A stretch of 64,000 nt of DNA from Eledone cirrhosa. Its lineage: Eukaryota. A program made the position numbers and the translations under genes. The DNA lies in the NCBI GenBank assembly GCA_964016885.1, contig OZ024748.1, positions 42,284,001-42,348,000 of the forward strand, written 5' to 3'. Below the pieces are notes generated by a model. It was not told where the DNA came from. It saw only the letters and a list, made by a program, of their open reading frames with translations, and ran no database searches. Shown here piece by piece: positions 1-11,094 of this stretch (positions within the stretch are counted from its first letter, which is position 1; the number at the start of each line of letters is the position of its first letter).

Positions 1-117
1 CGCATGCTTGTTTGGGAGTGAAGGAAGCACCAATCACAACAGTGTTGCCAACAGCCGTACAAACTGTCTCTCTGCGTCCCCATCGCTTTGGAGTCCTTAC
101 TTTTGGGATTACCCTCG
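1..117 (-). mobile_element. Tc1/mariner-type transposon terminus (TIR), continuing off the left edge
   Basis: Minus strand reads TA|CGAGGGTAATCCCAAAAGTAAGGACTCC..., a mariner-like TACGAGGG terminus with a TA target dinucleotide at 118-119. The partner TIR is not in the window. Confidence 0.6.
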
Positions 118-130
118 TATTTCATTTTTA

Positions 131-960
131 CTCACACAAAGATATACTTTCACACACACACACACAGATACCCCTGTACCACATGTTTATAATATCAAAG
201 ACACACACACACACATTGACACACACACACACACATTGACACACACACACACATTGACACACACACACACACATTGACACACACACACACATTGACATAC
301 ACACGCAATGGCACACACATTAACACACACACACACACACATTGACACACACACACACACATTGACACACACACACACACATTGACACACACACACACAC
401 ATTGACATACACACACACATTGACATACACACGCAATGGCACACATACATTAACACACACACACACATTGACACACACACATTGACACACACACAAATTG
501 ACATACACACACACACATTGACACACACACACACATTGACACACACACACACACACGACACACACACATACACACACATATACATACACATTGACACACA
601 CACAAACACACTCACACACACTGACACACACTGACACACATTGACACACACACATTGACCCACATACACACACACACTTACACACACTGACACACACACG
701 CTCACATTGACACACACACACGCATTGACACACACACACACAATTACATACACACACACTTACACACACTGACACACACACACACATTGACACACACCCA
801 CACACATATTGACACACACACACAGATTGACACACATACACATTGACACACACACACATTGATACGCACGCACACACATTCACACACGACACACATTCAC
901 ACACATGACACACACACACACACACCCACACATACACACACACACACATACAGCTGTACC
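131..960. repeat. Compound (CA)n microsatellite with recurrent TTGAC interruptions
   Basis: Visible directly; explains the C/V- and T/H-rich ORFs. Confidence 0.95.
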
Positions 961-1022
961 ACATGTTTACAATATCAAAGACAAGAGCGGTTCTCCTGAA
1001 ATATTGTCAGTGCCATATATAC

Positions 1023-1151
1023 CTGGTGTATTTCTTCTGTAAATATGGCAAATATCCAGAAGAAAAGAAGCCATTCCAGAGGTGAAATCTGTGACTTCAG
1101 TTCTACAAGAACTACGTAGCTATAGATACCCAGGAATATTATGTAAAATAT
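1023..1151 (-). CDS. TRPM: TRPM channel exon 16 of 16 seen (S1-S2 helices): IFYIIFLGIYSYVVLVELKSQISPLEWLLFFWIFAIFTEEIHQ
   Basis: ttcag|ATA...CAG|gtatat; 129 nt, phase 0-0; hydrophobic helices ending in the TRPM S2 EExxQ motif. Confidence 0.92.
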
Positions 1152-1217
1152 CTGAAATGGTAACAGAATTTTGAAGAAATTAGTCAAAATAGATTTCTCA
1201 CCAACCTCATTAGTGTT

Positions 1218-1500
1218 TGTTGAACCACACAATAAACTTTCCCAGTACATGCTGTAAAGTATTTGGTGATAAGAAGGGCATCTAGCCATAGAAATCTTAC
1301 CAAACAAAGGACTGGGAGAACCCTTTAGTTATGTCAAGGATATGACGGCCTCCCTAATGTTGGTGAACCACACAATAAACTTTCCCAGTACATGCTATAA
1401 AGTATTTGGTGATAAGAAGGGCATCTAGCCATAGAAATCTTGCCAAACAAAAGCTTGGGAGGATCCTTTAGTTATGTCAAGGACATGACAACCCCTCCTG
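1218..1500. repeat. ~143-bp tandem duplication of an RTE-3'UTR/SINE-like segment
   Basis: gaaccacacaataaactttcccagtacatgct occurs at 1222 and 1365; includes ggtgataagaagggcatctagccatagaaa, similar to the RTE 3' tails in this window. Confidence 0.7.
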
Positions 1501-1954
1501 TGTACTCGGTGGAACATGAGACCATACATAAGTGAGACAATAGATCCCTGGCCTTTCTTGGAGATCAGTAACTCCACTTCAGTACTGACTTGGTCTATGA
1601 GGCCCTCTCCAAACCTTGCTAACAGGGAAAGCGGACGTTAAAATCTCCATACTGACATGGATTCTCTTGGTTATCCTTCCTAATGCCAACCACTTTACAG
1701 TGTATTTTATTGTGGCACCAACACTAGGGAGGTTGCCATACATGTGTGTATGACAATGTCAGAGTATACTCATGTTAAACAGTGGTGAGATAATTTGAAG
1801 CTTTTCACATCAAATGTTAACGTAGGTATTCGATAAACAAATACCAGACAGAGGATAGAGTGGGGTTAAAAATCACATCAAGGCAGTGCCCCAGCATGGT
1901 CAAAGTGTCCAGTGATTGAAACCAGTAAAAGAGTAATGGAAGAAAAGAATCTAA

Positions 1955-2723
1955 CCCTTTAGCATTTACATTACTCTATATATACTATTGTATTTTCACA
2001 GTAAAGGCTTTACCTCACATAATATTTCACATAACATTTACATTACTCTATATATACTATTGTATTTTCACAGTAAAGGCTTTACCTCACATAATATTTC
2101 ACATAACATTTACATTACTCTATATATACTATTGTATTTTCACAGTAAAGGCTTTACCTCACATAATATTTCACATAACATTTACATTACTCTATATATA
2201 CTATTGTATTGTCACAGTAAAGGCTTTATCTCACATAACATTCACATTACTCTATATATACTATTGTATTTTCACAGTAAAGGCTTTACCTCACATAATA
2301 CCTTACATAACATTTACATTATTCTATATATACTATTGTATTTTCATGGTAAAGGCTTTACCTCACATAATATCTCACATAACATTTACATTACTCTATA
2401 TATACTATTGTATTTTCACAGTAAAGGCTTTACCTCACATAATATTTCACATAACATTTACATTACTTTATATATGCTATTGTATTTTCACAGTAAAGGC
2501 TTTACCTCACATAATATCTCACATAACATTTATATTACTCTATATATACTATTGTATTTTCACAGTAAAGGTTTTATCTCACATAATATCGAATCTATGA
2601 GATTTTGATATTTATTTTGAGAACAATACCTTAACATCAGTATGAGCAGCCAGTTACAACCAGTTTGAACAGAAAGAGATAAGAGAATTCTGGCCGAATA
2701 TGGCCTGTTAAAATGTTAAAGGG
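1955..2723 (+). mobile_element. TTAA-flanked (piggyBac-like) MITE with ~9 internal 72-bp tandem units
   Basis: ctaa|CCCTTTAGCATTTA ... AAATGTTAAAGGG|ttaa terminal inverted repeats; the internal 72-bp unit produces the 24-aa periodic ORFs. Confidence 0.8.
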
Positions 2724-2751
2724 TTAAAGTGTAGGTAATATAGATTCTTAC

Positions 2752-2842
2752 CAAATTTCCATAGAAAGTTATGACAGGTGTTTTGTAAAATGACATAACT
2801 CTACTGCAGACTTTATAACAGGTTGATCCATTGGAAGAGTTT
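2752..2842 (-). CDS. TRPM: TRPM exon 15 (pre-S1): (R)NSSNGSTCYKVCSRVMSFYKTPVITFYGNL
   Basis: ttccag|A...TTG|gtaaga; 91 nt, phase 2-0; FYxxPVxxF motif that precedes S1 in TRPMs. Confidence 0.92.
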
Positions 2843-2878
2843 CTGGAAGAAATATTAGAATTTACCTCATTAATTAAT

Positions 2879-3042
2879 TGTTTCTACTTTTGGCACAAGG
2901 CCAGCAATTATCCCAGTGTATTACTGGTACTTTATTTTATCGACCCCGTAAGGATTAAAGGCAAATTAAAACTCAGCAGGATTTGAACTCAGAACGCAAA
3001 GGGCCGTAACTCTTTGCTTGCAAAGCATGGCATCCGATGCTC
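2879..3042 (-). mobile_element. tRNA-derived SINE (octopus-type) with a 16-bp target-site duplication
   Basis: Core actggtactttattttatcgacccc...aaaggcaaa...gatttgaactcagaac (B-box on the minus strand); TACCTCATTAATTAAT flanks it at 2863-2878 and 3043-3058. Confidence 0.8.
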
Positions 3043-3496
3043 TACCTCATTAATTAATAAAAAAATTACAATGAACTAGCAAAAATAACCACTCTCGGGT
3101 GGTTTTCTGCTAGCATGTGTAGTGTGTATATTGATATTATATGCAAGTATATATACATGTAGATATGATACATCAAATAAAATCATAATTGACAATATAC
3201 ACAGAAATTGAATGAAGACTGTCTTATGTAATCAGTAACGTAATCCATGATATATTAAAAAAAGACGATATTATATATAAACTGCATTAGGAGAAAATTA
3301 GTGACAGAAATATATGAATGTTTATTTAAACGATCGCTAACTGGAAGTGTTGACATTTGAACATTTTAAAGAAGTGAATCTTTGAAAATTTTAAAGAAGT
3401 GAATCTTTAAATAAGTAATAAAATATATTTAATGAACAGCCACGAAATTTAGTAGATAAATTATGTAATATTCATTCATTATTTATTCAAAGTATA

Positions 3497-3597
3497 ACTG
3501 AGGTTAACTTTGCCTTTCATCCTTACGGGGTCGATAAAATAAAGTACCAGTAATGTACTGGGTAATTGCTGGCCTTGTGCCAAAAGTAGAAACAATT
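3497..3597 (+). mobile_element. SINE fragment of the same family, opposite orientation
   Basis: ttgcctttcatccttacggggtcgataaaataaagtaccagt...gccaaaagtagaaacaatta is the reverse complement of about 2875-2975. Confidence 0.8.
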
Positions 3598-3809
3598 ATT
3601 TATTCAAAGTAATCCAACTTATTTTACTAATGGGATAAAAAATTATAAACCATACGCAGCTCCTTACTTTATTATAGTTTAAATTAATTGTCCTGAAAGA
3701 ACGGTAGATGCCATAAGTGAGAGGAACATATTTTAGATGTTGAGGTGGGGCATGGTACACAAAAGATTAGGAATCACTGGTCTACACCTAATTCAGAGTG
3801 GTTTTTCAT

Positions 3810-4190
3810 TGTGGTGGTGGTGGTGGAGGTGATAGTGGTGGTGGTAATGATGGTGGTGGTGATGGTGATGATGGTGATGGTGGTGGTGATGGTGGTGGTG
3901 GTGATGGTGGTGGTGATGATGATGGTGGTGGTGATGGTGGTGGTGGTGGTGGTGGTGGTGGTGGTGATGGTGGTGGTGGTGGTGGTGATGGTGGTGGTGG
4001 TGATGGTGATGATGATGGTGGTGGTGATGATGATGGTGATAATGGTGATGGTGGTGGTGATGGTGGTGGTGGTGGTGATGGTGGTGGTGATGGTGATGGT
4101 GATGGTGGTGGTGGTGGTGGTGGTGGTGGTGATGGTGATGATGATGATGATGGTGATGGTGGTAATGATGGTGATGATGGTGATGATGAC
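3810..4190. repeat. (GGT/GAT)n trinucleotide microsatellite
   Basis: Visible directly; explains the poly-V/M, G/D and P/S ORFs. Confidence 0.95.
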
Positions 4191-4260
4191 AAGTTAAGTT
4201 TAATAAAGTATCAATTTATTTTAATAAGTTGTGTTCAATAAATACATTTTGAAAACTGAC

Positions 4261-4320
4261 CTTGTGCTGCTGCAACAAGAATCTTCAGCTAACAAAGGAT
4301 AAGAATTATCCACATCTCTT
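4261..4320 (-). CDS. TRPM: TRPM exon 14 (variable linker): (S)RDVDNSYPLLAEDSCCSST(R)
   Basis: atttcag|A...AG|gtcagt; 60 nt, phase 2-2, open in the required frame. No conserved motif, so support comes from splice sites and phase. Confidence 0.7.
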
Positions 4321-4724
4321 CTGAAATAACGACCCATTTAAGAAAGAAAGGAAAGAAGCAAACAAACAAAATCAACTTAAGACTGTACAACACCAACTAC
4401 AATAACAACAACCAACAACAATAACTACAACAACTACAAAACCCAAAAAAACAACAATGCAAAAAAAACTAAAAAATAAATTTAACCCTTTTAACCCTTT
4501 TAATAAGGATAATGAAATTATTGTGTACAGTGCTTAGGTGCACTACAACTCATCAAAGATGCATGTATGGTACATAGAATAATAAGCAAATGTCAGGGAA
4601 GTGAATGGTGTATGAGTCATGATAAACATGTGTGTGTGTGTATGACAGGAAACCACCTTGAAACCACCCCTGGTTCTAAGATTCTAAGCTGTTTATTTTG
4701 AAGTTGTTTTTCTTCTTCATTCCC

Positions 4725-4975
4725 CACTTGTTCCTGAGAAGATCATGGGGTCAGAGTCCTCAAACACTCCTTCCAGTGGGTCCTGTCAGAAGCAGGCTCC
4801 AACTGATCCAGCTGGATCCCCCAAGCGAGACCAGCCAAACTCATGGATGTTATCCAACCATCTTGCTCGGGGTCTACACCTGGGTCTCCTGCCAGTTGGT
4901 TTTGCCTGTAAAATCTTTTCAGCGATTCTTTCCTGAGACACTCTAACCACATGACTCTAATATCGGAGCTCTGAT
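4725..4975 (-). mobile_element. 3' end fragment of an RTE-like LINE
   Basis: Minus strand encodes a degenerate PTGRRPRxRPRARWLDNI...WKECLRTLTP C-terminus; a related piece lies at 26890-27105. Confidence 0.65.
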
Positions 4976-5069
4976 CTCATATATATATATATTTATCTAA
5001 AGATATTCCATCATAATTTTATGTAAAAACATTTGTTAAGTTATGTTCCAAACACCAACTTAATAATTC

Positions 5070-5262
5070 TTTGCAGCTTTGGCAGAAGGCCAGCAATTAA
5101 ATTGATCCCCAGTATTTAACTGGTACTTTATTTTATCGACTGTGGAAGGATGAAAGGCAAAGTTGACCTCGGCAAGATTTGAACTCAGAACGTTGAAAGT
5201 TGTACCTAAATTTCAGAAAGCCTTTTGTTCAACATTCTACCGATTCTGTCAATCCACCACCA
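5070..5262 (-). mobile_element. tRNA-derived SINE copy
   Basis: ccccagtatttaactggtactttattttatcgac...aaaggcaaagttgacctcggcaagatttgaactcagaacg...ctaccgattctgtcaatccacc. Confidence 0.75.
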
Positions 5263-5323
5263 TCTTATTAATGAGATAGTTCGTTATTTTACTAACACCT
5301 TTCAATTTCTTGATTATTTCCCT

Positions 5324-7969
5324 AAAACACTCCTTCCAACAGGTCCTAGTCATGGGAGGGCAGAGTCCTCAAACACTCCTTCCAACAGGTCCTAGTCATG
5401 GGAGGGCAGAGTCCTCGAACACTCCTTCCAACAGGTCCTAGTCATGGGAGGGCAGAGTCCTCAAACACTCCTTCCAACAGGTCCTAGTCATGGGAGGGCA
5501 GAGTCCTCGAACACTCCTTCCAGCAGGTCCTAGTCATGGGAGGGCAGAGTCCTCAAACACTCCTTCCAACAGGTCCTAGTCATGGGAGGGCAGAGTCCTC
5601 AAACACTCCTTCCAACAGGTCCTAGTCATGGGAGGGCAGAGTCCTCGAACACTCCTTCCAGCAGGTCCTAGTCATGGGAGGGCAGAGTCCTCAAACACTC
5701 CTTCCAGCAGGTCCTAGTCATGGGAGGGCAGAGTCCTCGAACACTCCTTCCAACAGGTCCTAGTCATGGGAGGGCAGAGTCCTCAAACACTCCTTCCAAC
5801 AGGTCCTAGTCATGGGAGGGTTGAGTCCTCAAACACTCCTTCCAACAGGTCCTAGTCATGGGAGGGCAGAGTCCTCAAACACTCCTTCCAACAGGTCCTA
5901 GTCATGGGAGGGTTGAGTCCTCAAACACTCCTTCCAACAGGTCCTAGTCATGGAAGGACAGAGTCCTCAAACACTCCTTCCAGCAGGTCCTAGTCATGGG
6001 AGGGCAGAGTCCTCAAACACTCCTTCCAACAGGTCCTAGTCATGGGAGGGCAGAGTCCTCAAACACTCCTTCCAACAGGTCCTAGTCATGGGAGGGCAGA
6101 GTCCTTAAAACCTCCCTCCAGCAGGTCCTAGTCATGGGAGGGCAAAGTCCTTAAAACCTCCCTCCAACAGGTCCTAGTCAGGGGAGGGCAGAGTCCTTAA
6201 AACCTCCCTCCAACAGGTCCTAGTCATGGGAGGGCAGATTCCTTAAAACCTCCCTCCAACATGTCCTAGTCATGGAAGGACAGAGTCCTCAAACACTCCT
6301 TCCAACATGTCCTAGTCATGGGAGGGCAGAGTCCTTAAAACTTCCCTCCAACATGTCCTAGTCATGGGAGGGCAGAGTCCTTAAAACCTCCCTCCAACAT
6401 GTCCTAGTCATGGGAGGGCAGAGTCCTTAAAACCTCCCTCCAACATGTCCTAGTCATGGAAGGACAGAGTCCTCAAACACTCCTTCCAACAGGTCCTAGT
6501 CATGGGAGGGCAGAGTCCCCAAACACTCCTTCCAACAGGTCCTAGTCATGGGAGGGCAGAGTCCTCAAACACTCCTTCCAGCAGGTCCTAGTCATGGGAG
6601 GGAAGAGTCCTTAAAACCTCCCTCCAGCAGGTCCTAGTCATGGGAGGGCAGAGTCCTTAAAACCTCCCTCCAGCAGGTCCTAGTAATGGGAGGGCAGAGT
6701 CCTTAAAACCTCCCTCCAACAGGTCCTAGTCATGGGAGGGCAGAGTCCTCAAACACTCTTTCCAACAGGTCCAAGTCATGGAAGGACAGAGTCCTCAAAC
6801 ACTCCTTCCAGCAGGTCCTAGTCATGGGAGGGCAGAGTCCTCAAACACTCCTTCCAACAGGTCCTAGTCATGGGAGGGCAGAGTCCTCAAACACTCCTTC
6901 CAACAGGTCCTAGTCATGGGAGGGCAGAGTCCTTAAAACCTCCCTCCAGCAGGTCCTAGTCATGGGAGGGCAAAGTCCTTAAAACCTCCCTCCAACAGGT
7001 CCTAGTCAGGGGAGGGCAGAGTCCTTAAAACCTCCCTCCAACAGGTCCTAGTCATGGGAGGGCAGATTCCTTAAAACCTCCCTCCAACATGTCCTAGTCA
7101 TGGAAGGACAGAGTCCTCAAACACTCCTTCCAACATGTCCTAGTCATGGGAGGGCAGAGTCCTTAAAACTTCCCTCCAACATGTCCTAGTCATGGGAGGG
7201 CAGAGTCCTTAAAACCTCCCTCCAACATGTCCTAGTCATGGGAGGGCAGAGTCCTTAAAACCTCCCTCCAACATGTCCTAGTCATGGAAGGACAGAGTCC
7301 TCAAACACTCCTTCCAACAGGTCCTAGTCATGGGAGGGCAGAGTCCTCAAACACTCCTTCCAGCAGGTCCTAGTCATGGGAGGGAAGAGTCCTTAAAACC
7401 TCCCTCCAGCAGGTCCTAGTCATGGGAGGGCAGAGTCCTTAAAACCTCCCTCCAGCAGGTCCTAGTAATGGGAGGGCAGAGTCCTTAAAACCTCCCTCCA
7501 ACAGGTCCTAGTCATGGGAGGGCAGAGTCCTTAAAACCTTCCTCCAACAGGTCCTAGTCATGGGAGGGCAGAGTCCTTAAAACCTCCCTCCAACAGGTCC
7601 TAGTCATGGGAGGGCAGAGTCCTTAAAACCTCCCTCCAACAGGTCCTAGTCATGGGAGGGCAGAGTCCTTAAAACCTCCCTCCAGCAGGTCCTAGTCATG
7701 GGAGGGCAGAGTCCTTAAAACCTCCCTCCAGAAGGTCCTAGTCATGGGAGGGCAGAGTCCTTAAAACCTCCCTCCAACAGGTCCTAGTCATGAGAGGGCA
7801 GAGTCCTTAAAACCTCCCTCAAACAGGTCCTAGTCATGGGAGGGCAGAGTCCTTAAAACCTCCCTCCAACAGGTCCTAGTCATGGGAGGGCAGAGTCCTT
7901 AAAACCTCCCTCCAACAGGTCCTAGTCATGGGACGGCAGAGTCCTTAAAACCTCCCTCCAACAGGTCCT
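5324..7969. repeat. 46-bp minisatellite (~57 units) derived from a LINE 3' segment
   Basis: Unit AGGTCCTAGTCATGGGAGGGCAGAGTCCTCAAACACTCCTTCCAAC; the array runs on into LINE sequence at 7970-8035 that is homologous to 4780-4848. Confidence 0.95.
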
Positions 7970-8444
7970 GTCAGAAGCAACTGTCTCCAATTGATCCGGC
8001 TGGATCTCCAAGCGAGACCAGCCAAGCTCATGGATCAATAAGTTGTTTGATATTCTGATCCCATGAATAAATCAGTGAAATATGGTGAGACATGACTTCA
8101 AAACTAGATAATTGATCAATACCCTATAATAATACATATCTTCCTTATTGATCAGTTTGTGATGTCTTCTCCAATAATTCCTGACCTCAATTTCCAGCTT
8201 ATACCAATACAAACATCATCCATCAGTCAGAGAATAATTTTAACGATCTCCACTAATTAATAATTGATATCACAAACTGTATTACTTAATTAAATATATA
8301 AATATATATGTATACACATACACATTCACATTCAAACTTATACATACACACACAGGCATGGCTTATGTTTCTCATATATTGAAGGGTAAATATAAATATA
8401 TGCATATATACAAAGACATACATACATATGTACATACTGACATA

Positions 8445-8562
8445 CTCACATAATATTGAAAAAAATACCTTAACATCAGTATGAACGGACAGTTACAGCC
8501 AGTTTGAACAGACAGGAGTGAGAGATTTCTGACTGGATACAGCCGGTTTGAATGTTAAAGGG
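8445..8562 (+). mobile_element. Right-end fragment of the TTAA MITE family
   Basis: aataccttaacatcagtatga...gtttgaatgttaaaggg matches 2625-2723. Confidence 0.7.
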
Positions 8563-8638
8563 ATAGAATGGTGTCTCTACGACTCCACCAGGAGTTACGC
8601 CCCAACATATACAAATATAAAATAAGAAAAGGACTTAC

Positions 8639-8661
8639 GATTTATCATGACTTTTAGAACC
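8639..8661 (-). CDS. TRPM: TRPM microexon 13 (23 nt): GSKSHDK(S)
   Basis: tatttacag|GGTTCTAAAAGTCATGATAAATC|gtaagt; strong splice sites; supplies the phase 0 to 2 change needed between the exons at 17646 and 4320/2842. Confidence 0.78.
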
Positions 8662-9280
8662 CTGTAAATATAAAACAGGAGACTTATGATTGATGATAGT
8701 TGATTAATAAATCTTTGATTTTGGATTATTAACCTCTTAGCATTTACATTACTCTATATATACTATTGTATTTTCACAGTAAAGCCTTTACCTCACATAA
8801 TATCTCACATAACATTTACATTATTCTATATATACTATTGTATTTTCATGGTAAAAGCTTTACCTCACATAATATCTCACATAACATTTACATTACTCTA
8901 TATATACTATTGTATTTTCATGGTAAAAGCTTTACCTCACATAATATCTCACATACCATTTACATTACTCTATATATACTATTGTATTTTCACAGTAAAA
9001 GCTTTACCTCACATAATATCTCACATAACATCTCGTATACGAGAGATGTGTGTTGACGTGTGTGAACAAGCTCGGCTACCGAGTTGGATTTACTTACTCA
9101 AAAGTGAGTTTTGATTTATTGTTTTTGTACTGTAATATACGTTAAACCCTTGCCTGGGTCGTCAGACTTTGAGTTTATTTATTTTCGCCCCTTTTTGGGG
9201 CGAATTTTACATTTAAAAATTGATTACGGCAAACTGATAGAAATGGACGGAATTTTCACATCTCATCCTAACGAGAAAGC

Positions 9281-11073
9281 CATGCCCCCTAAGAAAGGTG
9301 ATACAGAGAAGCTAGAAGCACAATGCTCTAAGTCTTCCCTCCTCACTTCTGCAAAAGATACATGGAACACGGAATTAAAAGAAAAATTTGTAAAAATGGG
9401 TGAAAACCCAGAAAGTCACATAAACGCAGACAAAAACAACAATGACAATAACAGCACGACCAACAACAGCAATAGTCACAACACCAACCAAGAAAAAAGG
9501 GAAAAAATAACGATAACACCAAACAAAGCGAACCCACTACTGGTGCCTCCTTTGCACAGGCGGTCCGAAAAACACAGACCTGCAAGCAACTGGACATTAC
9601 AACTCTGAGAGAAAAGATGAAGGAAGCAAACAGTATGTAACTTTCAAAGAAGGAGGAGACTTTACAATCACCTCCCCACAAGAAATCAAAAGAGACACGA
9701 CACTAAGAACGATATCTTTCAGAACAATTTCCAACATAACAAGGAAACCAGCTCAATTATCCCAAAAAGAAATTGAGCTGGTCCTAAAAAATGTGTGGAG
9801 TGATATATCGTTCATACAAAAAGGGCCACTCTATGGGAATATAACGGTGCTAATGAAGGATCAATTGACGGCCAGGAAATACTCTGTGGCGCCAATTGTT
9901 TCCAAGCTACACACATTTTCCCCCACATATTTGGGGAAAAGAACGCAAAAAATAGGAGTCTCCGGAATCCGGCCAAATGCATGCATTTCCTGGGTACTAA
10001 CAGGATTTTTAGAAGACGAGGACGGAATCCTCTCAGTAGGAGAAGTCACCACAGACGTTTTCGGCGGTTTGAGCGTGGAGGTTCTGCTCCAAATGAGACC
10101 AGAACGAATAACTAGAATACCACAGAGGGTGTCCCTCGATGGAAAAACATTTATATACATTTCAGCCGAGGATAGGAGGCCCATATGTTACTACTGTTCA
10201 AGCAGGGGTCATCTAAGGGCTGCCTGTCCTCAATTGACAAAAAAAAAGGCTCTTTTGCCTACACCCCACACACCACCACCGCCACCACCAACACCACTAC
10301 CACCACCACCACTACCACCACCACCACAACAACAACAAAAACAACAACAACAACAACAAAAACAACAACAACAACAACAACAAAAACAACACGGAAAAAT
10401 AACACAAGACACGGTCCCACCCAAAACAACTCCAAAAACACACACAAACACAACAAAACCCCAAAATACACCACTACCCGACAGCACGGACGAGGACCCA
10501 GCTGAAACGGCACCTAGTGACGAAGAGGGGGAACCCTTCCAACCTGTAAAAAGAAAAAAAAGAAAACACCACACGAACATAAACGAAACAAACACACAAC
10601 CACCAACAAAAACAAAACAAACAGAGCAAACAAAATCCACCCCACCCCAAAACATAACACATACAACAAAACGCAAGCACACACAAGAACAACAAACAAA
10701 CACAACACAAATAAAACAGTATACATACATTAACACAAATAACAAAGAACTAGTAAAAACAATACACAAAGACCCTTCGGTGGAAACTTAAGGGCAATTC
10801 TTTGCAAGCGCGGCCAACAAACCGCATTTAAAAATGATAAGACTCCCAATGGACACCTATGCAAAACTAAGAGAGAACTTTCCTGGGGACGTGGGGAAAA
10901 CATGTACTCGACCCTATAACCGCGTCCTCTTGAAACGTTTCCCCACCCACACCCAAGACACCCACACCTCACCAAACACCCCCACCCCACCACAGAACAA
11001 CACCCCACCAAACAACCCCTCCAATACGCCCATGGATACTGTGCAACCTGCTCCTCAGGAGCCGAACAGGTAG
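9281..11073 (+). pseudogene. Tx1 ORF1 (gag-like nucleic-acid-binding protein), frameshifted
   Basis: Pieces in track ORFs 9111-9608, 9793-10791 and 10834-11073; CCHC knuckle CYYCSSRGHLRAAC; poly-P/poly-Q and K/T-rich tail. The start codon is uncertain. Confidence 0.75.
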
Positions 11074-11094
11074 GTCCTTCCTCTTTTAACCAAC

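Noticed and set aside
8-964. C/V- and T/H-rich ORFs (also the ORFs at 3745-4241 and 60645-61251)
   Set aside because: They are microsatellite translations.
2960-3042. tRNA gene call from the B-box GTTCAAATCC
   Set aside because: It belongs to SINE heads and no cloverleaf can be formed.
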